Assembly: GCA_951406725.2 (NCBI GenBank)
Contig: OX597828.1
Location: forward strand, 74,958,001-75,022,000
Direction: 5' to 3'
Origin: Octopus vulgaris
Taxonomy: Eukaryota
Length of the DNA: 64,000 bases
Shown here: positions 48,840-63,574 of the stretch, in pieces
Layout of the letters: each line of letters opens with the position of its first letter
Position numbering within the stretch: the stretch's first letter is position 1
The notes under the pieces: generated by a model
Database searches by the model: none
What the model saw: only the letters and a program-made list of their open reading frames with translations
Told to the model about the DNA's origin: nothing
Position numbers and translations under genes: made by a program

Positions 48840-49790
48840 TATCATCATCATCATTTAGCGTCCGTTTTCCATGCTAGCATGGGTTGGACGGTTCAACTGG
48901 GGTCTGTGAAGCTGGAAGGCTTCATCAGGCCCAGTCAGATCTGGCAGTGTTTCTATGGCTGGATGCCCTTCCTAACGCCAACCACTCCGTGAGTGTAGTG
49001 GGTGCTTTTTACGTGCCACCCGCACAGGTGCCAAATAGAGCTGGCAAATGGCCAGGAACGGATGGAGCTTTTATGTGTCACCGGCACGGGGGCCAGGCGA
49101 GGCTGGCAACGGACACGAACGGATGGTGCTTTTACGTGCCACTGACACGGGGGCCAGACAGAGCTGGCAAACGGCCACGAAACGGACGGTGCTTTTACGT
49201 GTCACCAGCATGGGGGCCAGATGAGGCTGGCAACAGACACGAACGGATGGTGCTTTTACGTGCCACTGACACGGAGGCTAGACGGGGCGGTGCCGGCAAC
49301 GACCACGATCGGATGGTTCGCTTAACCGAGCTGCAATTCCTACTGATGTTGATCGACCTCAATTTGGTTCTGCTTTCTGATATATGAATTGATTTGGTTT
49401 GATTTTGATTTTGACTGTTCTCACTGGTCTTGCCGGGTCTTCTCACGCACAGCATACTTCCATAGGTCTCAGTCTTTGGTCATTTCCTTGGTGAAATCTA
49501 AAGTTCGAAGGTTGTGCTTCACCACCTCAACCCAGGTTTTCCTGGGTCTACCTCTTCCACAGGTCCCCTCAACTGCCAGGGTGTGGCACTTTCGCACACA
49601 ACTATCTTCAGCCATTCTCGTCACATGACCATACCAGCGCAAACGTCTCTCTTGCACACAACAACTGATGCTTCTTAGGTCCAACTTTTCTCTCAAGGTA
49701 CTTACACTCTGTCGATTATGAACACTGACATCACACATCCATCGGAGCATACTAGCTTCATTTCTTGCGAGCTTACGCAAATCCTCAGCA
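48840..49790 (-). mobile_element. 5'-truncated RTE LINE: RT C-terminus, 3' UTR with five repeat units, (TGA)n tail
   Basis: ORF 49469-49780 EASMLRWMC.VS...RRLRWYGHV.RM...VEG...RGRPRKTW is contiguous with the tail found all over the window, so those short repeats are RTE 3' ends. Confidence 0.88.
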
Positions 49791-51152
49791 GGATATATAT
49801 ATATATATATAGATATATATATTTTTTTATAAAATTTTTTTTCTTTGCCTCTTAATTTTTTTATTTAGAATATGTAGGTCCGTTTTGCGTGTGTGCGGGA
49901 ATGAATCTACCTGTTATACCTGTGTCTGTGCATATGCATATATGCATACTTTTGTGTATATGCATAGGGATTTACTCCCCCGAATGTGTGAGGGTGGGTG
50001 TGAGGGTGGATGTACGCATATTTTTGTCCATAAACATAGGAATTTACTTCCCCATGTGTGCGAGTGTGTGTGTGAGTGTGTGTGTATGTGCGTATGTACG
50101 TGTATGTGTATACGTACGTATGCACGTCAGTTCTTGCACCCAACTACATGCGCTTTTTTCCGTATGTATGTGTATACGGAGATATTTATGTATGTGCGCA
50201 TATACGTATATAAGGGTGTAGACGGACGGGCTTTATGTATGTACGTGCGAGTATGTATTTGTACGTATACGTGTGAGTATGCAGAGGTGGGTTAGTGTAC
50301 TTACTTTTATGTACTTAGCTTGTGCAGGCCTGGGTATCCGTGCGTAGCGGGATGTATGTATATGCGTATCCCTGTCGGTATCTTTATACGAGAGTACATA
50401 CGTATATATACGTGTGGATGTGGTATGTGCATGCATGTACGTATGTACACGTTGACCATTAGTAACAAAGACAATTTACGAGGAACTAGATAAACAGTTT
50501 AGCCACAAACGAGACAACCAAGATTGACCAATCTACTTGGTCTCCAGACAGTTAATTTATGACACCCACCATTACATAGGTAGGCCCCAACAACCGGAAT
50601 ACGCTATCTTCTGACCACCCTGTTAGTTCTTCACCCCCTTACATTTCTTCCTTCATCCCCTTATATAGTCTTTTATTCTCTTAACCTTATTATTGTTTTT
50701 CGTCCTTAATTATCGCTTCTTTATCTATATCTCTATTTATTTATATTGCCATGTTTTTTTCACGTCTGTGTGTATTTATGTATATATATTTATATATTTA
50801 TTTATATACTTAGATACTTTTTTTTATATTCTTATATATATTTTTTATATTCTGATAGATTTTTTTATATTCTCATATCTTTTTTTATATTCTTATATCT
50901 TTTTTATATACTTTTTAAATTTTTACTCTTTCACTCCCCCTTCGTGATCCCTAACTCAATAAAGATTCAACCCCCCAACCCCTTCCCTCTCTAGCTCAAC
51001 ATCCAAACTTCCTCATTCTACATCGAGTCAAAAGCGGGATGGACGCTTCGATTTCGTGCTGGTGCCCCACTCTGTCGTACGCGACTATGAGGATTTGCAT
51101 CCCCAACGTAAAACTTATAATGTAATATATGTCCTTGAAGTAGTAATTGTAC

Positions 51153-51240
51153 GTGGCTGAAGAAGGCCACAGACACACATTTACATCAATTATGCATTGT
51201 TATAAAACTGTCTAATAAAGGCCCGAAACATATGTACCGC
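51153..51240 (+). ncRNA. Type I hammerhead ribozyme (minimal, palindromic helix III)
   Basis: GUGG-CUGAAGA-AGGCC(about 50 nt)GGCCC-GAAA-CAUAUG-UA-CCGC; helix III is the palindrome ACAUAUGU; GUA triplet. Confidence 0.65.
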
Positions 51241-51310
51241 TAAATCCTTTGAATCATGTTTTTATTTTGATTGATATATATATATATATATATAGATATA
51301 TATATATTTT

Positions 51311-52727
51311 ATTTTTACTCTAGTTTCAGCTCAGAGCTGTGGCTATGCTCATGCACCGCCGTTTTGTGCTACACTGTTGTTGCGAAGAACCTCGTCTAAT
51401 ATGTGGCACTTGGTGAAGAATGGAGTTTGATATAGCTGCTCTCATTTGCACCTCTTGCCGTGAGGTAGGTTTTTCTGGGACTCGCGACAGGAAGATGTCC
51501 AGCTTTGATTTAAAAACCGCTACATCTACTTTGTGCAAGTTCCTCAGACTCTTTGGGAGAATATTAAAAACCTGTGGGCCCTTGAAACCCAGGCTGTTGC
51601 AGAAGATGGTCCTGAAGTGTGATAGCATTGCTGGTATCTTTGGCACTATGCAGTGTTGTCCCGTTCTAGCGTTGGTGTAGCTTACAATGCCAAAATTTTG
51701 CACAATTCCTTCCAGGATCTTCCAGACATATATTACTGCATACCTCTCCCGTCTTCTCTCCAGGGAGTAGAGTCTTAGCTGTTTCAACCTTTCCCAGTAG
51801 CTGAACTGTTCCAAAGAGACGATCTTCTTTGTGAATCTTCTTTGGATTGCTTCAAGGTCCGCTGTTAATTTTACACTGGTGGGTGACCATAGCTGTGAGC
51901 AGTAATCCAGGCGACTGAGGATGAATGTCTGCCAGAGGACCATCATGGTTTCCTTATCTCTGGTTCTGAATGTTCTTAGGATCCATCCAGCCAGTCGTCT
52001 GCACTTTGTCGCCATCCTGGTAATGTGCACTTGGAAAGAGGTATCATCACTCATGTCGATACCCAGGTCCCTCACAGACTTAGGCTCTGGGATTGAAATT
52101 CCCTGTGGACTGGTGTATCCTGTAAGTTTAATATTCAGTTTTGGATGCTGGTAGTGCAGGGCCTGGAATTTTTCAGCATTAAACTGCATATTATTATCCT
52201 CAGCCCATCTGTAGATTGAGTCCAACTCCTGCTGCAGGTGTGCAACATCGCTGGGGGTTCTGTTTTTTCTGTGAGACTTTCGTATCGTCTGCGTAGCTGG
52301 CCAGAGTGGCTATCCAGGCATTTGGGGGCATATCTGAGAGGGCCACTATAAAAAGCAGTGGTCCCAAGATAGTGCCCTGTGGAACACCGCTCACTATTTG
52401 TGTGTTCATAGAGGTGGCTCCATTAACCACTACTGCCTGACTCCTATCTTTCAGGAAGTCATGCAACCACACTCCAAGTTTTCCAGCTATGCCGAGGTCA
52501 TGCAGTTTGTGGCATATCATACCATGATCCACCTTGTCAAAAGCTTTTGCAAAATCAAGGTAGATTACGTCCACATTTGATTTGTTGAGTAACTGCCTCA
52601 ACACCCAGTCATAATGTTGTAAGAGCTGGATCAGGCAGCTCCTACCTGGTCGAAAACCATGCTGGGTATCACTCAGCAAGTTATTTTCCTCATGGAATGC
52701 GATTAGTTTCTTTCTGACTATCCGTTC
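51311..52727 (-). mobile_element. 5'-truncated CR1/L2-group LINE, reverse transcriptase (one frameshift near 52230)
   Basis: QHGFRPGRSC, YLDFAKAFDKVDH, GVPQGTILGPLLF, YADD, VRDLGI, LEAIQRRFTK and LRLYSLERRRER in ORFs 52200-52679 and 51326-52225. Confidence 0.93.
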
Positions 52728-53005
52728 CTTTTTTTTTGTCTTTTTTTTTAACTGTATAGTTTAGTGTACAGTCTCACTGTTTGACATCTTGGGCAAGTAT
52801 CTCCCAGGGCCAACCAATATCTTGTGCATGAATTTAGTGGACCCAAACTTCAGGAAACCACAAACATGTATTGATTTCTGTACAGCATGTAGTCGAAGGG
52901 GTCACTCATGCTTTAAACAAGCCTTGTTTCTTTCTTAGTCAACTTTTACATTTTTCCAGGTACAATTAATTCACTGTACTGAACTTTTTTTTTTGTGCGT
53001 GTTTG

Positions 53006-54890
<1,885 letters not shown>

Positions 54891-55120
54891 TGATAAAATT
54901 TTTTTTCGAAAAAATTTTATCCTACATTAGATATAAATTTAATGGTGTTCACTTCCGGACTCTCCCACTCTGTGAGTGCCTCAGTTCAAATCGCACGAGT
55001 CTTGAATGGGCTGGAGTATTTCTATTTTGGATTTATTTGGGGTACTTAGTTGTGCTCATGACTTAGTGTTTGCTTCTTCCATGGGTATGAGTAAGTATCT
55101 CATTTACTTCTTTGCCACAT

Positions 55121-55175
55121 GTATCACTGACGAAGGGAGGGTTCTTACGAACTAACCCTGAAATCGGTCCGATAT
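55121..55175 (+). ncRNA. Type I hammerhead-like ribozyme (minimal)
   Basis: GUAUCA-CUGACGA-AGGG.GG.GUUC(UUAC)GAAC...CCCU-GAAA-UCGG-UC-CGAUAU; GUC triplet; one A-C mismatch at the base of helix I. Confidence 0.6.
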
Positions 55176-55349
55176 GGTAATAATGGAATTTTTTAGAGAT
55201 TTCTGTCGGCCTTTTTGCGAGTAGCGTGTGTACTGGGGAAAAAAATTATATGGTATATGTTCAATTCTCGGCATTTAGCATTAGAATTTTTTCGTTTGCC
55301 CTTATTTATAAGTTATTTATCTATATATATATATCTTTATATCTATCTA

Positions 55350-55397
<48 letters not shown>

Positions 55398-55404
55398 GAG
55401 AGAG

Positions 55405-55745
55405 AGGTGCATGGCTCAGTGGTTAGAGTGTTGGGCTCACAATTCCGAGGTTGTGAGTTCAATTCCCAGACCGGGCTGTGTGTTGTGTTCTTGAGCAAGA
55501 CACTTTATTTCATGTTGCTCCAGGTCACTCAGCTATAGAAATGAGTTGTGACATCACTGGTGCCAAGCTGTATTGGGCCCTTTGCCTTTCCCTTGGATAA
55601 CATCAGCAGCATGGAGAGGGGCAGCTGGTATGCATGGGCGACTGCTGGTCTTCCATAAACAACCTTGCCTGGACTTGTGCCTCAGAGGGGGAACTTTCTT
55701 GGTGCATCTCATGACCATTCACAACAGAAGGGGGTCATTACCCTT
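55405..55745 (+). mobile_element. tRNA-derived SINE (family D, related head to family C)
   Basis: TGGCTCAGTGGTTAGAG A box and GAGTTCAATTCCC B box, followed by the GTGTTCTTGAGCAAGACACTT domain. Confidence 0.75.
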
Positions 55746-56046
55746 TAATTCACTCTATTGTAAATATTTGCTGATGTGCTACTTCATATTACAATTTAAG
55801 AGTCTTGGAAACCTTGAAAATGTAGAGATGTTGCTATCCATCTTGCTTTAACAAACCCCAAATTTATCTTTCTTGACATTCCCTGAAAAACCTGGCCGCA
55901 ATAAAAAAACGAAAAGGATCCAATTGAGGAAATGGTTTATGCTTCATTCTAAACTGTTTTTTAAGCCGACGGATAACTAAGCTTTCAGACCTGGCTCTGT
56001 ATATCACACTGTGATTTCAAATTTAAGATCAGATTAGCTGACTCCA

Positions 56047-56138
56047 TCACCACATAAACAAACTCTGCATAGCATCACATATCACGTGAAGTATAACTGT
56101 TGTTACTAATCGAATAAATAAACCAACAAAAAGATAAC
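56047..56138 (-). CDS. Candidate alternative terminal exon (xYLFVGLFIRLVTTVILHVICDAMQSLFMW*)
   Basis: Acceptor tttactttctttcag; phase 1; hydrophobic peptide. Could be chance in T-rich DNA. Confidence 0.25.
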
Positions 56139-56780
56139 CTGAAAGAAAGTAAATATTCCAATGAAAAAGGCAGAAACAAAATGTAAGTGTAAAGAATTTA
56201 CAAAAGCAACAAAAAACAAAAACAACAAAAAATAAACAAAACATATTAAAAATATAACATTCTTCCATTATTGGAAATTTGTCAAATCACGTAAAAAAAT
56301 AAAATTAAAACAGGAAATATAAAAAGTTCCATGATTCCTTCATAAAAATTCAGTATTAATGTTGTGGAATCGGTTCTTTCTGGTAAATTCCATTATTTTA
56401 TAATATTTCACTCATTAAAAGAGAGAGAGAAAGCAAGGTAGTGAGGAGTGGAAAAGAGAAATAGGAAAAGAATGAATGAGGGATGGTTGGTGAGAAAGAA
56501 AAGAGATAAAGAGAAAAATGTTATTCTATTTTAGAGATGTTATCTTTGGCTCACTAAATGTAGCCATTTTTATTTGATTTATGTTGATTTCAGCTTTCTT
56601 TTCCAACTATTTGTGTGACTGTGTCGGGATGTGGAGTTTTTCGGATAGACATAAGCTACTTCATTGGTTTCAAAGAGTACTGAATGCATAATGCTTCAAG
56701 TTATGGAAGCATTTTCAATTCCATTGATATCATTACTCTTTAAGGTATTTCCTGGTCTTGAGAAAACTATATATATATAT

Positions 56781-56823
<43 letters not shown>

Positions 56824-58689
56824 TGGATAATAAAATGAATAGTTTACACCTGGTCACTTACTGGTAAAGCACGGTCACTTTCACAGTGATCGTTCGCTAT
56901 ATGGCAATTGAAAGATGGAATATATGAGAATTTATTATTAATTTCATTTACTTTAAGGTATGGATGACTTAAGTTTACTTATAACCTCCCCATTCTTACA
57001 AACACCAAGTAAATAACTAACTCACTTTGTGATCAGGAGTGCACCAAACCTCACATGTACGTATGCTCACATTTTTGCGGATGCTTGTATGAGTGAGAGG
57101 ACTCGTGCCATGCAGCTTGCCCGAGGGAGTTTTTACTCTTTTACTTGTTTCCGTCATGTGACTTTGGCCATGCTGGAGCACCGCCTTTAGTTGAGAAAAT
57201 TGACCCCAGGACTTATTCTTTGTAAGCCTAGTACTTATTCTATTGGTCTCATTTGCCGAACTGGCTAAGTTACGGGAATGTAAACACACCAGCATCGGTT
57301 GTCAAGCGATGTTGGGGGGGACAAACACAGACACGCAAACATATACATACACATACATAGATATATATATATACATACATCCATATTTGTTAACGATTAT
57401 TTTTATTTTTGATCTTGTATATAAATGAAGATACTTCCTCCATCTGGTTGCTTTTCTGTCTACAAAACGGAAAGTTACGTTGCAGAACAGTTATTTTAAC
57501 GAGTTGTATTTATTTATCATCCGATGAGATGTATCTGCACCACCGGATGACCCTGAACCAGTTGTTGAGTGTCCCAACCATGAATAATCAATGCTAGATG
57601 TGTCCTAACAATTGTTGTGAATAATAATAAATTTTCGTATATTCCATCTTCCGTCTTTCATTTGCCTTATAATATACATACATACATATATACCATATAT
57701 ACCATAGATTAAGGACACTACTACTGTTAAATTTAGAGCTCCATGTAAATTATCATCATCCAATCTACTTCCAGTGGTTAAGCAATTATTCTACTTAATA
57801 GTATTACTAGTTATTGTGTATAGAGCAAGTTTACATAATTTCTTCCTACATATGTTTCCCCATTGTAGTTGGAACTCTGCAGGGGAGGCTCCAATCTTGT
57901 TTACATTGTAATTGTTCCCACACACACACACACGTTTGATGAACTGCTTATGTGTGTATATATTTAAGCTTACAGTGAAATTCTGTTATCAAGTATATGT
58001 TAGTCTGTCTATCTATCTATCTACTTGATGATCTATCTGCCTGTCAATCTATCTATCTACCTATCTATATATATATCTATCTGTTGATCTACCTATCTAC
58101 CTGTCTATCTTTCGATCTACCTGTCTATCTTTTTATCTACCTATCTACCTATCGATTTACCTACCTATCTATCTATCTTTATATATTGCAAAGGCTGATA
58201 GTTTCCTCCAGAGTAAATTTATGTTAGAAAAAGAAAATATCTACATTTGTAAACAATTGCTGTTTTTATCCATGATGACTTCTCAAAGCATTTTCCTATT
58301 TTTGTTTATATATATATAATATGCAGGTGAGAAGTTACATTCCACCATTTAGTATGTATATGTACAACTATGAATGCATGCACTCTTATTGTCCCCAAGT
58401 TGCTTGGGACAAGCAAACCCACTCATTTATAAGGGACCTGACATAACTTTTCTAGGGGACACTATTAATAGTTTTCTCTTTTCCTTCTCATTCATATTTC
58501 CTTTCCACCACTTATCTCCCTTTCTTTTTTTTCCCCCTTTCTACACATTCAAAGAAACTTATAGCTCACTACTGCTACACTCCCATGGATTAAGGACACT
58601 ATCTCACTTGAAATGCCAGGGAATTCTTCCTACAAAGGCATATGAAATAATAAAAAAACTACAATTTATCTATCTCCATCTCTCTCCCT

Positions 58690-59372
<683 letters not shown>

Positions 59373-59449
59373 CAAGTATTTGTAAACTCCCATTTGTATA
59401 CAAACCAACAGTCTTGTAACCATCAACATCGTCATAAATAATGATATCA

Positions 59450-59503
<54 letters not shown>

Positions 59504-59586
59504 GCGCGCGCGCACACACACGTCCAGAAGCAGAAATAAGTTGTTGATTCAGGCCATTACAATTCAGTTTTTGTTCCCTGCGATGG

Positions 59587-59675
59587 TCCAGGAGACAAAA
59601 ATATGAAATGAATTTTGGCTGAGATCACAGGAATTATTGCCTAAATTAATTTTCATTGACCAACAGAGGTCAGGC
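59587..59675 (+). repeat. 89-bp segment exactly duplicated at 60653-60741
   Basis: TCCAGGAGACAAAAATATG...AGAGGTCAGGC identical at both sites. Confidence 0.95.
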
Positions 59676-59779
59676 GAGTAGTAATAATGCTCTTTAGCAG
59701 GATCATCTCATCTGGGCTTGTCTGATCCTTGTTTTACAGAGAAAGATACTTTGATGGAAAGAGGAAGAGCAGCATTTTG

Positions 59780-60120
59780 AAGGAGACATTTCAGTTTAGA
59801 CCCTGAATGTCATCAATCAGGATTTCATTTTATGGTGGGCAAACTGTATATTTCAGATTCTTTTACTGAATGATCTATGTGGTTGTGCCACAAAGTGCAA
59901 TTCTTGGGATAGACATAAAATGTTTCATTGGCGTGCCATGGTACAACATCCACAATATTCTAAGTTAATGGAACATTTTTGATTCCACTGTCCAGATATG
60001 TTGAGATAGAGATGTCAAATCTATTTCTGATCCTAAATGAATGTATATGTTGATTGTATCTGACCTTAAATATGTTCACTGTTAGCTTTGTACAATTTCT
60101 GTCAATAAAATCAGTGGAAT
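59780..60120 (-). mobile_element. Penelope-like GIY-YIG endonuclease relic with a decayed hammerhead downstream
   Basis: LTVNIFKVRYNQHIHSFR resembles the Penelope G.T...FK.RY.QH..SF motif; minus strand TTGATGA...GAAATGTC at 59785-59816. Confidence 0.55.
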
Positions 60121-60534
60121 GATTGCATGTAGTCAGAAAATCTTTTGATATTGAGATTGAAATCAACCCTGATTGAAGACATTTATGGTGAGGGGCATTC
60201 CATCCATGACTGTCCTGTCTTCCTGCATCCCTTAGACATCTCCATTGTGTTTTAATTTTGTTAAGGACTTGTGTAATCTGAGTGAGATTTAGTAGCTATT
60301 TCTAGTTGTAAACATATATGTAAGCTACATAAGATGTTTTGCATTTGAAATTGGCTCTACTACACAAAATGACAACCGAACCCCTTGCATCGGAGGTCAG
60401 TTTGCTGTGGCTGCAAATAAATGCATGTCACAAGCAGCCTTGCTGTGCTGAGGGGGTCAGAGACTTTATAGACTTTGAAACTAGTCTACATGTCGGTTAA
60501 ATACTTTAATGTTGCTTAGCTACAGGTAACAAGA

Positions 60535-60840
60535 TGCTGCTACTGTTGCTCCTCCCCCCTTCAACTACTGCTGCTGCTACTACTACTACTACTGTTACTG
60601 CTACTGCTACTACTGTTACTACTACTACTGTTACTGCTACTACTACTACTACTCCAGGAGACAAAAATATGAAATGAATTTTGGCTGAGATCACAGGAAT
60701 TATTGCCTAAATTAATTTTCATTGACCAACAGAGGTCAGGCTGCTACTACTACTGCGGCTGCTGCTGCTACTACTGCTGCTGCTACTACTACTGCTGCGG
60801 CTGCTGCTGCTGCTGCTACTACTACGACTACTACTACCAT
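60535..60840. repeat. (CTA/CTG)n trinucleotide microsatellite split by the 89-bp insert
   Basis: Visible. Confidence 0.9.
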
Positions 60841-61377
60841 ATGTAACTAAATATAAATCCCTGTTGTAAATAAAATGACATGGGAATGAATGCATCATAG
60901 AATCATAAAGTGTGTGTGTATATATATATATATGAATATTGTGTATATGCATATATTTACATATATAGTCATATATATACACATATATATGTCATATGCA
61001 TACACTCACACACACACATATATATATGATACACTCACATACATATATGACATATCACACACACTCACACACACATATATATATAAGGAACTTTGCTGTG
61101 GATAAAAATTTTGAGCGTGGCCCATAATTTAGTTTGAAAGTGATGTTAGTAATACAGTGAAGAGCATTTTAAAGTGTTTGTTAATGAAATGCGGTGAGAT
61201 ACGAGCAGAGTCACAATTGATATAAGAACTTGATCGGGAGAGTTCAGTGTAATGAGGACCTTCTACTAATTCAATAGTGAACCTTTATTTGCCTACAAAC
61301 TCTAAACAGATCTAATACATTTCTTTCATTTATAGGGAGAATATGTAATAATAATAATAATGATAATAATAATAATA

Positions 61378-61888
61378 ATGGATTTGATGTAACTATTTCC
61401 CAGATTGCGGATGAATGCCTTTGACTTGCTCAAAACCAATATAAGTTGTAGTGACAAGATGAGGGTAGCGAAAGTGTTGCATTGGAAACTGTGTGAAAAG
61501 TGGGGGTTAGAGAGAGGCAGGAAGTGGTATGAGCACAAACCACACAGAGTGGTGGAGTCAGAGACCTGCAAAATCCTGTAGGATTTCCCAATCCAAACAG
61601 ACCAGGTGCTTGAGCACAAGGCAGATCTTGTGGTGATGGGTAAAGTGAACCACATGTGCTCTATAATTCATGTTGTGTGCACATTTGACCCATGAATAGT
61701 CAAAGAGGAAGGCAAAAAAAATTTTTTAAATAAATAAAATAGCTTGACATTAGAAAATGAAAAAGGTGAACCTATTAAACCTATTTTCACACTGCGTGGC
61801 ACCTTGGGCAAGTGTCTTCTACTACAGCCTCGGGCTGACCAAAGCCTTGTAAGTGGATTTGGTAGGCAGAAACTGAAAGAAGTCCGTC

Positions 61889-61936
<48 letters not shown>

Positions 61937-62345
61937 GTGTGTGTATATGTTTGTGTGTCTGTGTTTGTCCTCCCAACATGGCTTGACAACCGATGCTGGT
62001 GTGTTTACGTCCCCGTAACTTAGTGGTTCGGCAAAAGAGACCAATAGAATAAGTACTAGGCTTACAAAGAATAAGTCCCGGGGTCGATTTGCTCGACTAA
62101 AGGCGGTGCTCCAGCATGGCCACAGTCAACTGACTGAAACAAGTAAAAGAGAGTATTTGGGGCCTTGGGACCAGTATCAAAAGACATCAAGTGGAATATA
62201 ACGGAAATAGGAATAGAATGCCCAGAAGAGCCTCCTTGCACAAGAATAATCAGGAAAGTATTAGTTGGAAAGAATAGCATGGTACCATAGGCTGCTGGTA
62301 GCAAGACTCTAGGAGTTCCAACACAACCTGAATTGAAAGAAGAAT
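61378..62345 (+). mobile_element. Dong/R4-like non-LTR retrotransposon C-terminus (restriction-like endonuclease region) in (TAA)n, interrupted by a SINE
   Basis: VAKVLHWKLCEKWG....KWYEHKP..V.E....KIL*DFPIQTD..LEHK.DLVV, then GALG...ARIIRKVL; TAA repeats on both flanks. Confidence 0.75.
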
Positions 62346-62730
62346 GGTAATAAAAATAATGATTTCTAATTTTGGCACTAGAGGAGGGTGTTAATTCATT
62401 CAGTTCCTGTGTTTGACTGGTCCTTTATTTTATTGGGTTTTGGGAGAAGAAAAGCAAAGTTAACCTTGGCAGGATTTGAATTTGGAACACAAAAGAACTG
62501 GAATAAATACCAGAAGCTGCCCCAGGGTCCAGAGTCTGTTTTGGCTGAGTTTCTACAGCTGGATATCCTTCTTAATGCCAACCCCTTCACAAAGTGTACT
62601 GGGTGCTTTATACATGGCACCAGCACCAGTGTGTTTTGCTTGGCATATTCTAAGAGCATAAGATGTAGTTTGATCATAGCAGATATAATACAAAAGAACC
62701 CTGCAGGGTGGGATAGTCAAAGAAACAGGA

Positions 62731-62889
62731 AAATTTGTTATAAATTTATTCTTTCTGTGCAACCAAATGATCCATGGCCTGGTACTGATCTGTGGCCCAG
62801 TGGTTGGCTACCCCGGATCTACCTGACTCTCTAAGGACCCTAACAATTCACTGAACACACACACACACACAGAGTAATTACAACATGAA
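62731..62889 (+). repeat. About 150-bp direct repeat; second copy 63851-64000 runs off the window
   Basis: Near-identical AAATTTGT..TTCTTTCTGTGCAACC...CTAACAATTCACTGAACACAC..ACAACATGAA; period 1120 bp. Confidence 0.9.
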
Positions 62890-63445
62890 TTAAACGACAC
62901 AACCATTGTGTGGTCCCACATTATTATCAATGAGAAACTGCATAGTCTATTGCTTTTCAAATAGGAAGGATACATTGGATAATGTGTCTCTAGGTAGACT
63001 ATGCCTGAAACAAATATTGAAAGACAAGACTGAAATGCCTTTGATCCTAAGTGTAAATGATTACAGCTGAAGTCAACAACAACTACAACAACTCTATGTA
63101 GTCATTTGCCTTGCTAGAAATAGCTACTAAATCTTCCACAAATCACATGATATGATCTTAAATAAAAGAGACTTAGTGGATAATGTGGTTGAGATGCACT
63201 ATGCCTGAAATTAAGATGGGATTGTCATGGCTGGAGCACCTTTGGACTTAGATCTGGTCAGGTTTGACTTGAAGCTAAAGACTATGACACTGTTCACACA
63301 CATCAGAAACATCCATCCAAACACAAACCCTGGAAACATCTGAAACTCTTAAAACCTTCATCCTCACCCATAACACACCCAGATACATCCACCCCCACTT
63401 CATCTTTAGACCCTAATTCCCCAAGGTCTCCTCTGAATAGTTTCC

Positions 63446-63458
63446 CCACTAGATGGCG
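63446..63458 (+). promoter_or_regulatory. CTCF core-motif match
   Basis: CCACTAGATGGCG fits CCACYAGRKGGCR in non-repetitive intronic DNA; motif match only. Confidence 0.3.
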
Positions 63459-63543
63459 TGCTTGTTTTTATGGTAGCTTTTGATTGGCTGTAGCTTGTAT
63501 AAATGGCTTCGCAGAATGGTGGATAGACTTTGGGTTTACTTAC

Positions 63544-63574
63544 ACACGAAATATCTCTCCTTGAAGGCACTGGT
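63544..63574 (-). CDS. 31-nt internal exon of the unidentified minus-strand gene (probably TSAFKERYFV)
   Basis: tctttggtttcag acceptor and gtaagt donor; open in all three frames; a phase 0 start gives a phase 1 end compatible with the downstream candidates. Confidence 0.5.

Noticed and set aside
48884-49387. 167-aa Gly/Ala-rich ORF
   Set aside because: Antisense translation of the RTE 3' UTR tandem array.
57515-57570. CCGATGA...GAACCAGTT hammerhead-like motif
   Set aside because: Two core mismatches and no convincing helix I or II.
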